Positions 56,372 to 64,000 of a stretch of DNA of 64,000 bases are shown here, in pieces; within the stretch, counting starts at the first letter, position 1; every line of letters starts with the position of its first letter. Origin of the DNA: an uncultured delta proteobacterium (GTDB lineage Bacteria; Desulfobacterota; RBG-13-43-22); contig CAVUPH010000019.1 in the NCBI GenBank assembly GCA_963743305.1, positions 39,478 to 103,477 of the forward strand, given 5' to 3'. The translations under genes were made by a program, and so were the position numbers. A model generated the notes under the pieces. The model was given only the letters and a program-made list of their open reading frames with translations. It had not been told where the DNA came from and did not search any database.

Positions 56372-56968
56372 CTATTGCGGAATGGCCGCTTGATCGTCAT
56401 CGAAATCCCCTTGTTCGGCCCCTTTATGGCAGGCAAGACAGTTGGAAAAGGAGCCGACGGATTTCCGTTTAAAAACCTCGGGAGAAATCCCTTGGTGTTT
56501 CTTCCGAATGTAGGGTAGCTCGGTGATCCGGTCCGGAATTGATCCTCCCAGATTGCGAAGGATCTTTCCTCCCGTTTCAGTCCCGGACCGGTTCGCGGAG
56601 TTCTCAGCGAGGTATTTCCTGATTTCCTCCCTGGTGGGGTCATCCAGTGAAATTGATTCACCGAAGTGGTTGTCCAGACGGGTTAATATCTTATTCCAGG
56701 AAGCGGCCGGGAGCAGATCCGAGGGATAGGTCAAGTGGCAACTTCCGCAGTTGTTTTTATAATTCTCGTTGCCTGGCCGCTGCCCGTATTTCTTGAAATC
56801 CAGTTCCCGGTCTCGGTCATGGCCCTTTCCCCCGGATTGAGCGAATCTACCCCGGTGATCACCTTCGTCTCGTTCGTGCCTCTCCAAGAAGGAAAAACCG
56901 GTCAATCCAATACCCGCAATCAGCAAAATAATGACAGCCAACCAGAAATATTTCATTCGCTTTTTCAT
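56372..56968 (-). CDS. Diheme cytochrome c (DHC family)
   Basis: CGSCH..YP..LLPAASW..L.NHFG, RITE...RKKH, NCLACH..AEQGDF; N-terminal membrane anchor/signal. Confidence 0.9.
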   Translation of the reverse strand: MKKRMKYFWLAVIILLIAGIGLTGFSFLERHERDEGDHRGRFAQSGGKGHDRDRELDFKKYGQRPGNENYKNNCGSCHLTYPSDLLPAASWNKILTRLDNHFGESISLDDPTREEIRKYLAENSANRSGTETGGKILRNLGGSIPDRITELPYIRKKHQGISPEVFKRKSVGSFSNCLACHKGAEQGDFDDDQAAIPQ

Positions 56969-57215
56969 AAACATCACCTCTTCGGCCAAAAGAGCGCACC
57001 TCTGGCCTTCTCTCATTCCTGGTTTTAGAAATATCTTCCAAAAGGTCCAATACACCGCCTAAAGGATGAAAAATATTTCATCGACCTTTGATGGCTAACA
57101 AGTTTAAGGGGGGGGAAAGCCCCGCGAAGGGAGACAACCCGGCCCCGGGCACAGGACTCCAAACCACCTCCTGCGAAAAATCCGCTGAGGCTTTCAGGAG
57201 ATAGCTGGTTCTAGA

Positions 57216-57593
57216 CTAAAGAAGAGTAGAGAGAAGATTTTTGGGAGGTTGAGTGATCGGGAAAACTAGATCGCCGGTAGGGGAAACAATATATGGTTTG
57301 GTATTTAATAACCTCATCGGTTTGGGAAGACTAAAACCAACAGGATGGTCGGCTGTCTCCAGGCAGCAGAAATGACAAGGGGCGTTTCCTTTTTGATCGA
57401 GAGAATCCGCTCGGTCCGACCTTACAAGCCCCTGGCCCGTGCCGGAGGCTTCTGAGCTAACCGGCGGGTTTATTGAATTAAGCCCGGGGTTTCTTACAGG
57501 TTTCCCTAGACAATTTTGACATACCAGGCTGTCGGGGATGGAGCCTAAGATAAAAGAGAACAAAAAAAAGACTATGATAAATTGTTTACGCAT
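57216..57593 (-). CDS. Small exported CxxC protein (DUF2946/CutF-like)
   Basis: N-terminal hydrophobic segment, CQNC, CHFCC, C-terminal QPPK. Confidence 0.5.
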   Translation of the reverse strand: MRKQFIIVFFLFSFILGSIPDSLVCQNCLGKPVRNPGLNSINPPVSSEASGTGQGLVRSDRADSLDQKGNAPCHFCCLETADHPVGFSLPKPMRLLNTKPYIVSPTGDLVFPITQPPKNLLSTLL

Positions 57594-57618
57594 AAGATGG
57601 TCCGAAATTGACTATAAC

Positions 57619-57637
57619 TGAAATTGATTATTATCAA
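57619..57637. promoter_or_regulatory. Fur-family box overlapping a promoter
   Basis: TGAAATT-G-ATTATTA resembles the 7-1-7 Fur box TGATAAT-n-ATTATCA; TTGACT -35 on the minus strand nearby. Confidence 0.5.
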
Positions 57638-57776
57638 AGGTCTCTCTAAAGTCAAGGTCAAATAGTGATACGAGTGGCAGCATTCATACCAAGGCGCGAA
57701 AAGGGAAGTCAGACGGCCTGGACTTGGGACCCGTTCACTTCCAGCAGGAGTTCCAGGCCAGAGGGTTTATGATTCA

Positions 57777-58757
57777 TCACGGATTATAGACCTCCGGGTT
57801 CAGGCAGTTCGGTGGTATCTTTCCCTGGAAGGCGGCGATCAGATTTTCGGCGGCCATCAGGCCCATTTTCGTCCGGGTTTCCACCGAGCCGCTGCCGATG
57901 TGGGGCAGGAGGATCACGTTGTCCAGGGAAAGTAGGGCGGGGTGAATGGCCGGCTCGTGTTCAAAAACGTCCAGGCCGGCTCCGGCGATCTGTCCGTTTA
58001 TTAAGGCCTCCACCAAAGCCCCTTCATCGATCACCTCACCTCGAGAGGTATTGACCAGAAAGGCCGTGGGCTTCATTTGGGAAAATTCCGTCGCGCCCAT
58101 AAAATGTACCGTCCTCGGGGTGAGCGGCACATGGAGAGATACAAAGTCCGACTCCCGCAGCAGGGTTTCTTTGTCCACAAAGCGGGCCCCCACTTTTTCT
58201 TCCAGTTCCGGATCCGCCCGCCGGTTATTATGGTAGAGGATGGTCAGGTCAAAACCCCGGGCCCGCCGGGCCACGGCCGAGCCGATCCGCCCGAATCCCA
58301 TGATCCCCAGGGTCTTATGATGCACGTCCGCCCCCAAAAAGAGCAGGGGCGCCCAGGCTTGGAATTTCCCGGCCCGGGTATATTTGTCGGCCTCCACCAG
58401 CCGCCGGGCGACGGCTAAAATCAGGGCCATGGTCAGATCGGCGGTGGTATCGGTCAGAACTCCAGGGGTGTTGGTGACGGCTATTTTACGGGCCGTGGCG
58501 GACGGCAGGTCGATATTATTGAAGCCTACGGCGTAGTTGGCGATCACCCGGAGCTGGGCCCCGGCGGACTCCATCACCTCGCGGTCGATCCGGTCGGTCA
58601 ACAGCGGCAGCAACCCGTCCCGGCCTTTCACCTGCCGCAGAAGTTCTTCCCGGGAAAGACCCCGGTCCCCTGGGGGGCAATCCACCTCAAAGTATTTCTC
58701 CAGCAGGTCCATGACTGCCGTCGGAAGCCGCCGGGAAACCCAGATGTTCTTTTTCAC
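57777..58757 (-). CDS. D-glycerate dehydrogenase / glyoxylate reductase
   Basis: AVGFNNID, NTPGVL, GIMGFGRIG, LHVP, NTSRG, GLDVFEHEP, PHIGS. Confidence 0.93.
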   Translation of the reverse strand: MKKNIWVSRRLPTAVMDLLEKYFEVDCPPGDRGLSREELLRQVKGRDGLLPLLTDRIDREVMESAGAQLRVIANYAVGFNNIDLPSATARKIAVTNTPGVLTDTTADLTMALILAVARRLVEADKYTRAGKFQAWAPLLFLGADVHHKTLGIMGFGRIGSAVARRARGFDLTILYHNNRRADPELEEKVGARFVDKETLLRESDFVSLHVPLTPRTVHFMGATEFSQMKPTAFLVNTSRGEVIDEGALVEALINGQIAGAGLDVFEHEPAIHPALLSLDNVILLPHIGSGSVETRTKMGLMAAENLIAAFQGKIPPNCLNPEVYNP

Positions 58758-58792
58758 GAAACCGGCTCAATCATACCGTTGTAATCCTCCCC

Positions 58793-59665
58793 TTAAAAAC
58801 CGACGTTGATCAGGACAATCCCTAAAATAATGATCAGCGACCCGATCGCGTTGCGCAGCTCAATTTTCTCCTTGAGAAAGAGCACCCCCAGCAGGATGGC
58901 AAAAATGATAGCTACCTGACGTATCGGGACGGCCAGGCTGACAAATACCTCTTTCAGGGCGACGCGAAACAAAAGAAACGAAAAATAAACAATGAGACCG
59001 CCCAAAATTCCCGCCTTCCAATAATGCAACACCACGGGTACGATCGTTTGCTTTTTCCAGAAATGCCAATAGACGGTCATGTTGACCGTCATGAAGCCGA
59101 TGATAAGAAAAAGATACAGGGTCAGGGGGAAAGAGGCAATCCGCGATTTGTCGAAGATGGCGCCTAAGGAATAGACGAACGAGGCCCCCAGCGCCAGCCG
59201 CGCCCCGGCATATTCTTTATGGAATCGAATCATTTTTTTGAACTCCCGCAGATTGACCGCCTGGATTTTGGCCAGGGTAGCCCCGACGACCGTCAACACG
59301 ATGCCGGCTCCGGTCACAAAGGAAATCGTCTCAGAAAGAAAGAAAAAGGCCCAGATCGGTATAAAGATGGGACTCAATACCGTGAGCGGGTAAAGGGCTG
59401 AAATATTCCCTGATTCGTAGGCCTTGGAAACCAGAATTTGATACTGGATATAAAAAAATGAGGCCCCGTAAACATAAGGAAGGTGGCGCCAAGGGATGGC
59501 GGTCAGCCCGTCCGATGAAAGAGCGATGGCCCCCGAAATCCCGGAGGCCACCAGAAACATGGTCAGCAGGAACCCCTCGTCCCCACCGGCCTTTCTCATC
59601 AGAAAGTTATAGAAGGCATGTAAAAAAGCAGAGAGGACGATAAACCAGATGAATTGGAGAGCCAA
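58793..59665 (-). CDS. EamA/DMT family transporter
   Basis: SAFLHA.YN, AY..G.IS..YPL, LKE; 10 TM. Confidence 0.88.
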   Translation of the reverse strand: MALQFIWFIVLSAFLHAFYNFLMRKAGGDEGFLLTMFLVASGISGAIALSSDGLTAIPWRHLPYVYGASFFYIQYQILVSKAYESGNISALYPLTVLSPIFIPIWAFFFLSETISFVTGAGIVLTVVGATLAKIQAVNLREFKKMIRFHKEYAGARLALGASFVYSLGAIFDKSRIASFPLTLYLFLIIGFMTVNMTVYWHFWKKQTIVPVVLHYWKAGILGGLIVYFSFLLFRVALKEVFVSLAVPIRQVAIIFAILLGVLFLKEKIELRNAIGSLIIILGIVLINVGF

Positions 59666-59718
59666 GAATACCTTTCCTTAGGATGTAAATAGAGGTTGGT
59701 GGTTATGCCCGCTCCCTT

Positions 59719-59863
59719 AAAATCCTCCTAAATCTCCCTTTGTCAAAGGGGGACTTTGACTCCCCCCTTAGAAAAAGGGGGGCAGGGGGGGATTTTCATG
59801 CTGTCGTGGGTGCCCGCCCCGGGCATGGGGGTTTAATGCGAAACTAATTTCATGCTTCGCGGG
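59719..59863 (-). repeat. Composite family C element with CCCTTT/AAAGGG hairpin cassette, plus a partial second end
   Basis: ATTTTCATGCTGTCGTGGGTGCCC..GGCATGGGGGTTTAATG (59792-59838) is the reverse-complement homolog of 28196-28242; partial copy at 59847-59863. Confidence 0.75.
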
Positions 59864-59962
59864 CCCCGGATCACCTTCCCTGGGAGCTTAATATGGTTGC
59901 ATCCCTTTTTGAAAAAAGATATAAAAATTTCAGGGAAATCATAAAAATCCGGGAGGTGGCCC

Positions 59963-60694
59963 ATGAAACTCAGCGGAAAAATCATCGATCTTAGCCAGGA
60001 GATCTATCAGGGCATGCCGGTTTATCCCGGCCACCTTAAGACCGTGATCTGGACCCATGCCTCCCATGAGGAGGTGGGCCGCCAGTTGGGCACCGGCTTT
60101 TCCTATGAGACCCGGGGCATCATGCTCTGCGACCACGGGCCGACCCATATCGATTCGGTCAGCCATCTCTGCACCGATCCGGATGCCCCTCCGGTTGATA
60201 AAATCCCCCTGGAGTATTGCATCACCTCGGCCGTTTGCCTGGATGTCAGCGATGTCCCCCGCAAGACCCAGTTCGGGCGGGCCAAGATCGAGGCCGAGCT
60301 GAAAAGGTGGAACCTGGAAATTCGGAGAGGGGATACCGTTCTTTTTTACACCGCCCATTACGATCGTTATTATGGAAAACCCGAGTACATGACCGACTAT
60401 CCCGGTTTGGACCGGGAGGCCACCGAATTCATCATTGACCAGGGATGCATCAATTTCGGTGTCGATTCCTCCAGTCCGGACATGTGGTACGACAAGACGT
60501 ATCCTTGCCACACGGTCTGTTCCGAGCGACGGATTACCCACATCGAAAACCTGTGCAACCTGGATCAGGTTGTCGGGAAACGGTTTACCTTTGTCGCCCT
60601 GCCGCTCAAAATCCGGGGCGGGACCGGGTCTCCTCTCCGGGTGGTCGCCATCGTGTACGAGGGGGAAGACGTTGCCTGGGATCTCCACTCCTAA
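59963..60694 (+). CDS. Cyclase family metallohydrolase (KynB-like)
   Basis: IIDLS..I..GMPVYPG, HGPTHIDS..H, GVDSSSPD, ENL.NL, LPLKIRGGTGSPLR. Confidence 0.9.
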   Translation: MKLSGKIIDLSQEIYQGMPVYPGHLKTVIWTHASHEEVGRQLGTGFSYETRGIMLCDHGPTHIDSVSHLCTDPDAPPVDKIPLEYCITSAVCLDVSDVPRKTQFGRAKIEAELKRWNLEIRRGDTVLFYTAHYDRYYGKPEYMTDYPGLDREATEFIIDQGCINFGVDSSSPDMWYDKTYPCHTVCSERRITHIENLCNLDQVVGKRFTFVALPLKIRGGTGSPLRVVAIVYEGEDVAWDLHS

Positions 60695-60724
60695 CCCTCT
60701 TCTTTCGGTTTTTCCTGTCCGACC

Positions 60725-61888
60725 TTGAACCGCCACATCCTCATGGCCTTCACGGCCAGCCTGGGGATGGGTGTGGCCTTTCTGAACCTGACCCCCGTTC
60801 TTCCCGTGTTGCAGGCCTTTTATGGAGTGAGCAACGCCCGCATGGGGATGCTGATCACGGCCCTGATCCTCACCCACTCGCTGGTGCAGGTGCCCTCCGG
60901 TCTGGTGGTGGATAAACTGGGGGTCAGGATGGGGCTTCTACTGGCCCTGGGGCTGGGTTTCCTGGGCTGCTTCTTTTCTGTCTTTTCCCGGAATTACAGT
61001 TTTATCTTGGCCATGCGGTTGTTAACCGGTCTGGGCACCGGGCTCTCTTTTGTCGCCGGTCTTCATTACGCCACTTCCCATGCCTCAGAAGATAAGAAGC
61101 GGCAGGTTCAGGCTATCTTCGGCGGCCTGATCAATATCGGCAGCGTGGTCCCCTTCTTTACCAGTCCCCTGTTGCTGAAACAGGACGGACGGCTGATTCA
61201 TCTCCTGACGGCCCTCTTTTTTTTCCTGCCCTGGCTGGCGGTCTGGATCTGGGGCCGAAACCCGCCAAGGAAAGCCGTCGTTTCCAAAATTCGGATAGGT
61301 CAGGTCTTCACGGCCGGGCCGGCCTGGACCCTGGGTTTAAGTCACGCCTTGTTCTTCGGCGGGATGATGACCGTCGGGACCTGGATTTCGACTTACCTGC
61401 TCCAAGTGGCACCCGGCCCTTTCTGGCTCCCCTGGATAGGATGGATCGGTGGCCTGGTCATCGCCGTCAGCGCCGCCGGAAGGTTTTTAGGGGTCTGGGT
61501 CCCACCCGGGATATCCCCCCGGACCCTGATCATTTGGGCCGTGACGATACTGGCGGTTTCTTATGGTGGATTAGGGGTCAGCCGGACCCTGATCCCCGGG
61601 CTGATCCTGTTGGGGGTGGCGGCTTTAATGAGTTCGGTTACCTTCGGATCGGTATTTTCACTGGGCTACCGCTACTCTCCGCCCCAGGTTGCCGGGACGA
61701 CCATCGGTTTGATCAATTTCATTGCCAGTATCGGGGCCTTCCTGTTTCCCATCCTCTTCGGCTATCTCCTGGACTTGACCGGGGCCTTTACGGTTCCCTT
61801 TCTCTTTCTATCCGCCTTGGCCTTGGTAACATTGCTTCGGGGCTTCACTCTCCCACCCGACTCCAGGAATCCAATTACTGCTGTTTAG
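60725..61888 (+). CDS. MFS transporter
   Basis: QVPSG.VVDKLG.R, RLLTGLG; 12 TM. Confidence 0.88.
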   Translation: MNRHILMAFTASLGMGVAFLNLTPVLPVLQAFYGVSNARMGMLITALILTHSLVQVPSGLVVDKLGVRMGLLLALGLGFLGCFFSVFSRNYSFILAMRLLTGLGTGLSFVAGLHYATSHASEDKKRQVQAIFGGLINIGSVVPFFTSPLLLKQDGRLIHLLTALFFFLPWLAVWIWGRNPPRKAVVSKIRIGQVFTAGPAWTLGLSHALFFGGMMTVGTWISTYLLQVAPGPFWLPWIGWIGGLVIAVSAAGRFLGVWVPPGISPRTLIIWAVTILAVSYGGLGVSRTLIPGLILLGVAALMSSVTFGSVFSLGYRYSPPQVAGTTIGLINFIASIGAFLFPILFGYLLDLTGAFTVPFLFLSALALVTLLRGFTLPPDSRNPITAV

Positions 61889-61933
61889 CCTGCCCGGCCC
61901 CGCGCCCGGCCGCACCGTTACCCTAATGAAGAA

Positions 61934-62374
61934 TCAATACGGCGCGGTGTAAATGCTCCGCTCTGATTTTTGCTTCATTTTGGCGTCGAATTTCGCCTTG
62001 TCGATGATAAAGCGCTCGTGTCTCCCCCGGGAGATCAGATCCAGCTCGTCATGAACTTCCACTTCAAACAGCAACCGCCGCCGGTCAACCTCCACCAGCT
62101 TCACCCGGGCAACCACCTCCAATCCCGGTGGGGTGGCCGCCAGGTGGCTGACGTCAATGTGCGTACCGACCGTCTGCTCTTCCGGCCAGTTTAAATGAGG
62201 GTTGATCGCCTGGATGCAAGCCCACTCGATGAACCCGACCATATACCCGGTGGCCAGTACTTCCGGCATAGCCTGAAACTCTTCGGATTCCGGGTATAGT
62301 GCCGGAACAGTTTTCGAGGCGGATAACCGTAATCGAAATTCATGCTCGATCCCCGGTCTTAAGGTGTCTTTCAT
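61934..62374 (-). CDS. Hotdog-fold thioesterase (fluoroacetyl-CoA thioesterase FlK-like)
   Basis: VLATGYMVGFIEWAC, TVGTHIDVSHLAATPPG, G.HERFII. Confidence 0.9.
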   Translation of the reverse strand: MKDTLRPGIEHEFRLRLSASKTVPALYPESEEFQAMPEVLATGYMVGFIEWACIQAINPHLNWPEEQTVGTHIDVSHLAATPPGLEVVARVKLVEVDRRRLLFEVEVHDELDLISRGRHERFIIDKAKFDAKMKQKSERSIYTAPY

Positions 62375-62404
62375 GATGTCTCCCTCTTGGCAGGATCATC
62401 TATT

Positions 62405-63025
62405 TCACTTGGCCCGACGCCCCTTGATCTTTCCCCGGGGGCCGCGCAACGGGATGCTCTTCCAGGGCAGCCTTTGGTCGACCGCCTCCTGCAGTTCGTT
62501 CCTGAAGGCAACGCCGAAAACCCTTTCGATGTTTTCGGCGATCGAGGGGCACAAGGAGAATTTTCCTTTGGCGTTGCGTGTATTGCAACTGAATTCGAAG
62601 GCGTAGTCATCAATGGATAGTATTCTTTTATCCCCTTCATAAACGGCCAGAGGCCAAAGGAGACAGGACTCCGGTTTGGCGTTTCGGAAAGGGATTCCCA
62701 TTTGTTCGGCCGCCGTATGCAGGGAACAGACGAGTTTGTTGCCCTTGAGGTAGGCAAACACGCAGGCGCCGTCTTCCTTCGTGTCCAGGCCATACAGGCC
62801 GCGTGAGATTTCTTCGAAGACATTTTCGTATGAATGGTTTGATCTCAGGTGCGGGCAAAAGCGGGCGGCCAACGGCAGGCATCCGCTTATATTCCGTAGT
62901 TCCCGGCTGTTGATCGTTACTTCGTAGCTCGAACAGCAACAAGGGGTCCCGCTCGAACAACCGGTGCAGTTGTGCCTGACCGAGCAAATCCCGGCGACAT
63001 CGATCTCAAGTATCTGTGGGTTCAT
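62405..63025 (-). CDS. Cys-rich DUF3109/YkgJ-like protein
   Basis: C..C......CCC, GACVF, CSLH, KPESCLLWPL. Confidence 0.7.
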   Translation of the reverse strand: MNPQILEIDVAGICSVRHNCTGCSSGTPCCCSSYEVTINSRELRNISGCLPLAARFCPHLRSNHSYENVFEEISRGLYGLDTKEDGACVFAYLKGNKLVCSLHTAAEQMGIPFRNAKPESCLLWPLAVYEGDKRILSIDDYAFEFSCNTRNAKGKFSLCPSIAENIERVFGVAFRNELQEAVDQRLPWKSIPLRGPRGKIKGRRAK

Positions 63026-63104
63026 CTATTGCCCATAAAGCTGTTGAGCCCCTTTGTTCCAAACGTTGATAGTGGAAAATTATTTATGGTCGTCCCTGAT
63101 GCCC

Positions 63105-63806
63105 TCATTTGGCTGTGGCAGCGAAGACATCAAAAAACTCGACCTTACCGGTCTCCAGGCTGTAGACCCCCCCCGCTATTTTGACTTTCTTTTCATCGGC
63201 CAGGCGTTTGATGAGGGGGCTTTCTCTCCTGAGCGCCGCCGCGGTATTTATCACATTAAGTCGGATGGCTGTATTAAGGACCGCGCGCTCGTCCTCACTC
63301 TCTTTCTCGGCCATCTTCACGGCAGGATGTATTTTTTTAGCCACCAAGCCTATGTGGCCCTCCGGCTTGCCGCCTTCCATGGCCGCCTTGACCGCACCGC
63401 AGCTCTGATGCCCGAGGACGAGCACGAGGGGCACCTTCAGATGTTCCACCGCGTACTCCACGCTCCCCAAGTCAACGGGGCCCACCACATTGCCCGCCGT
63501 CCTCACCACAAAAAGATCTCCCAGACCCTGGTCGAAAATGTGTTCGGGGGGCACCCGGGAGTCGGAGCAGCTCACAATGACCGCCAAGGGATGTTGTCCT
63601 TTCGTCAGCTCCATCCTTCTGGCCGAACCGAGATCTTTCTGCGCCGGGTCGTTACCCGCAAAGCGGGCATTGCCCTCCACCAGTTTCTTAAACGCTCCAT
63701 CCGCGGTGAGCCCTGCTCCTTCCTCAAATCCAAACCCGGTCGCCGCCAGCAGGGAGAGTACCACAACGATACCCGCCAGACCGACAAAAATCCCAATCTT
63801 TTTCAT
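63105..63806 (-). CDS. Exported beta-class carbonic anhydrase
   Basis: CSDSRV, GDLFVVRTAGN, LGHQSCGAV; N-terminal signal peptide. Confidence 0.93.
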   Translation of the reverse strand: MKKIGIFVGLAGIVVVLSLLAATGFGFEEGAGLTADGAFKKLVEGNARFAGNDPAQKDLGSARRMELTKGQHPLAVIVSCSDSRVPPEHIFDQGLGDLFVVRTAGNVVGPVDLGSVEYAVEHLKVPLVLVLGHQSCGAVKAAMEGGKPEGHIGLVAKKIHPAVKMAEKESEDERAVLNTAIRLNVINTAAALRRESPLIKRLADEKKVKIAGGVYSLETGKVEFFDVFAATAK

Positions 63807-64000
63807 GACGCGGCCACTATTTTTCGGCCAACTGTTGTGCAGTAAAACACTCGTGCGCTTCCCTGACGACATAGCGGCTCCTTCAGCAATAAACCAGTCG
63901 TATCGACTTTAATCGTTGCGCAGCCCGTTATGAAAGCAAAGGAAATGATTGATGCCTAGATTAAGGTGCGCATTTATCGTTCCGACCCTCATTCGACGCA

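Overview
A GC-rich (roughly 55-60% by eye) chromosomal window from an anaerobic deltaproteobacterium (Desulfobacterota-like, inferred from gene content). Housekeeping blocks: polyprenyl synthase, hsp20-lon, a 33-aa bS22-like ribosomal protein, thiDN-thiC-birA, cobT under a cobalamin riboswitch, tRNA-Thr(CGT), rpoZ-moaC-dksA, an ABC-transporter-dependent glycan locus, an RND pump and comM/yifB. Energy block: a membrane Fe-S oxidoreductase with etfBA and an acyl-CoA dehydrogenase, next to a Tat-exported group 1a-like [NiFe] hydrogenase. The hydrogenase operon has no cytochrome b and instead ends in a secreted monoheme cytochrome c carrying four Ig-like repeats. Intergenic regions hold several unannotated repeat families. 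One ~280-bp element occurs twice with its IR-bounded core in opposite orientations relative to its own flanks (flip/flop). Two MITE-like frames carry interchangeable hairpin cassettes. Other oddities: a catalytically dead PAS histidine kinase, a probable ATT start for thiD, an exported SOR-like protein paired with a mini His-bearing membrane protein, a Fur-boxed CxxC leader plus diheme cytochrome c, and a low-GC islet with Chloroflexota-type YLPL proteins. At least eight single-base indels split conserved genes, so the assembly probably contains sequencing errors. All product calls come from motif recognition by eye; no searches were run.
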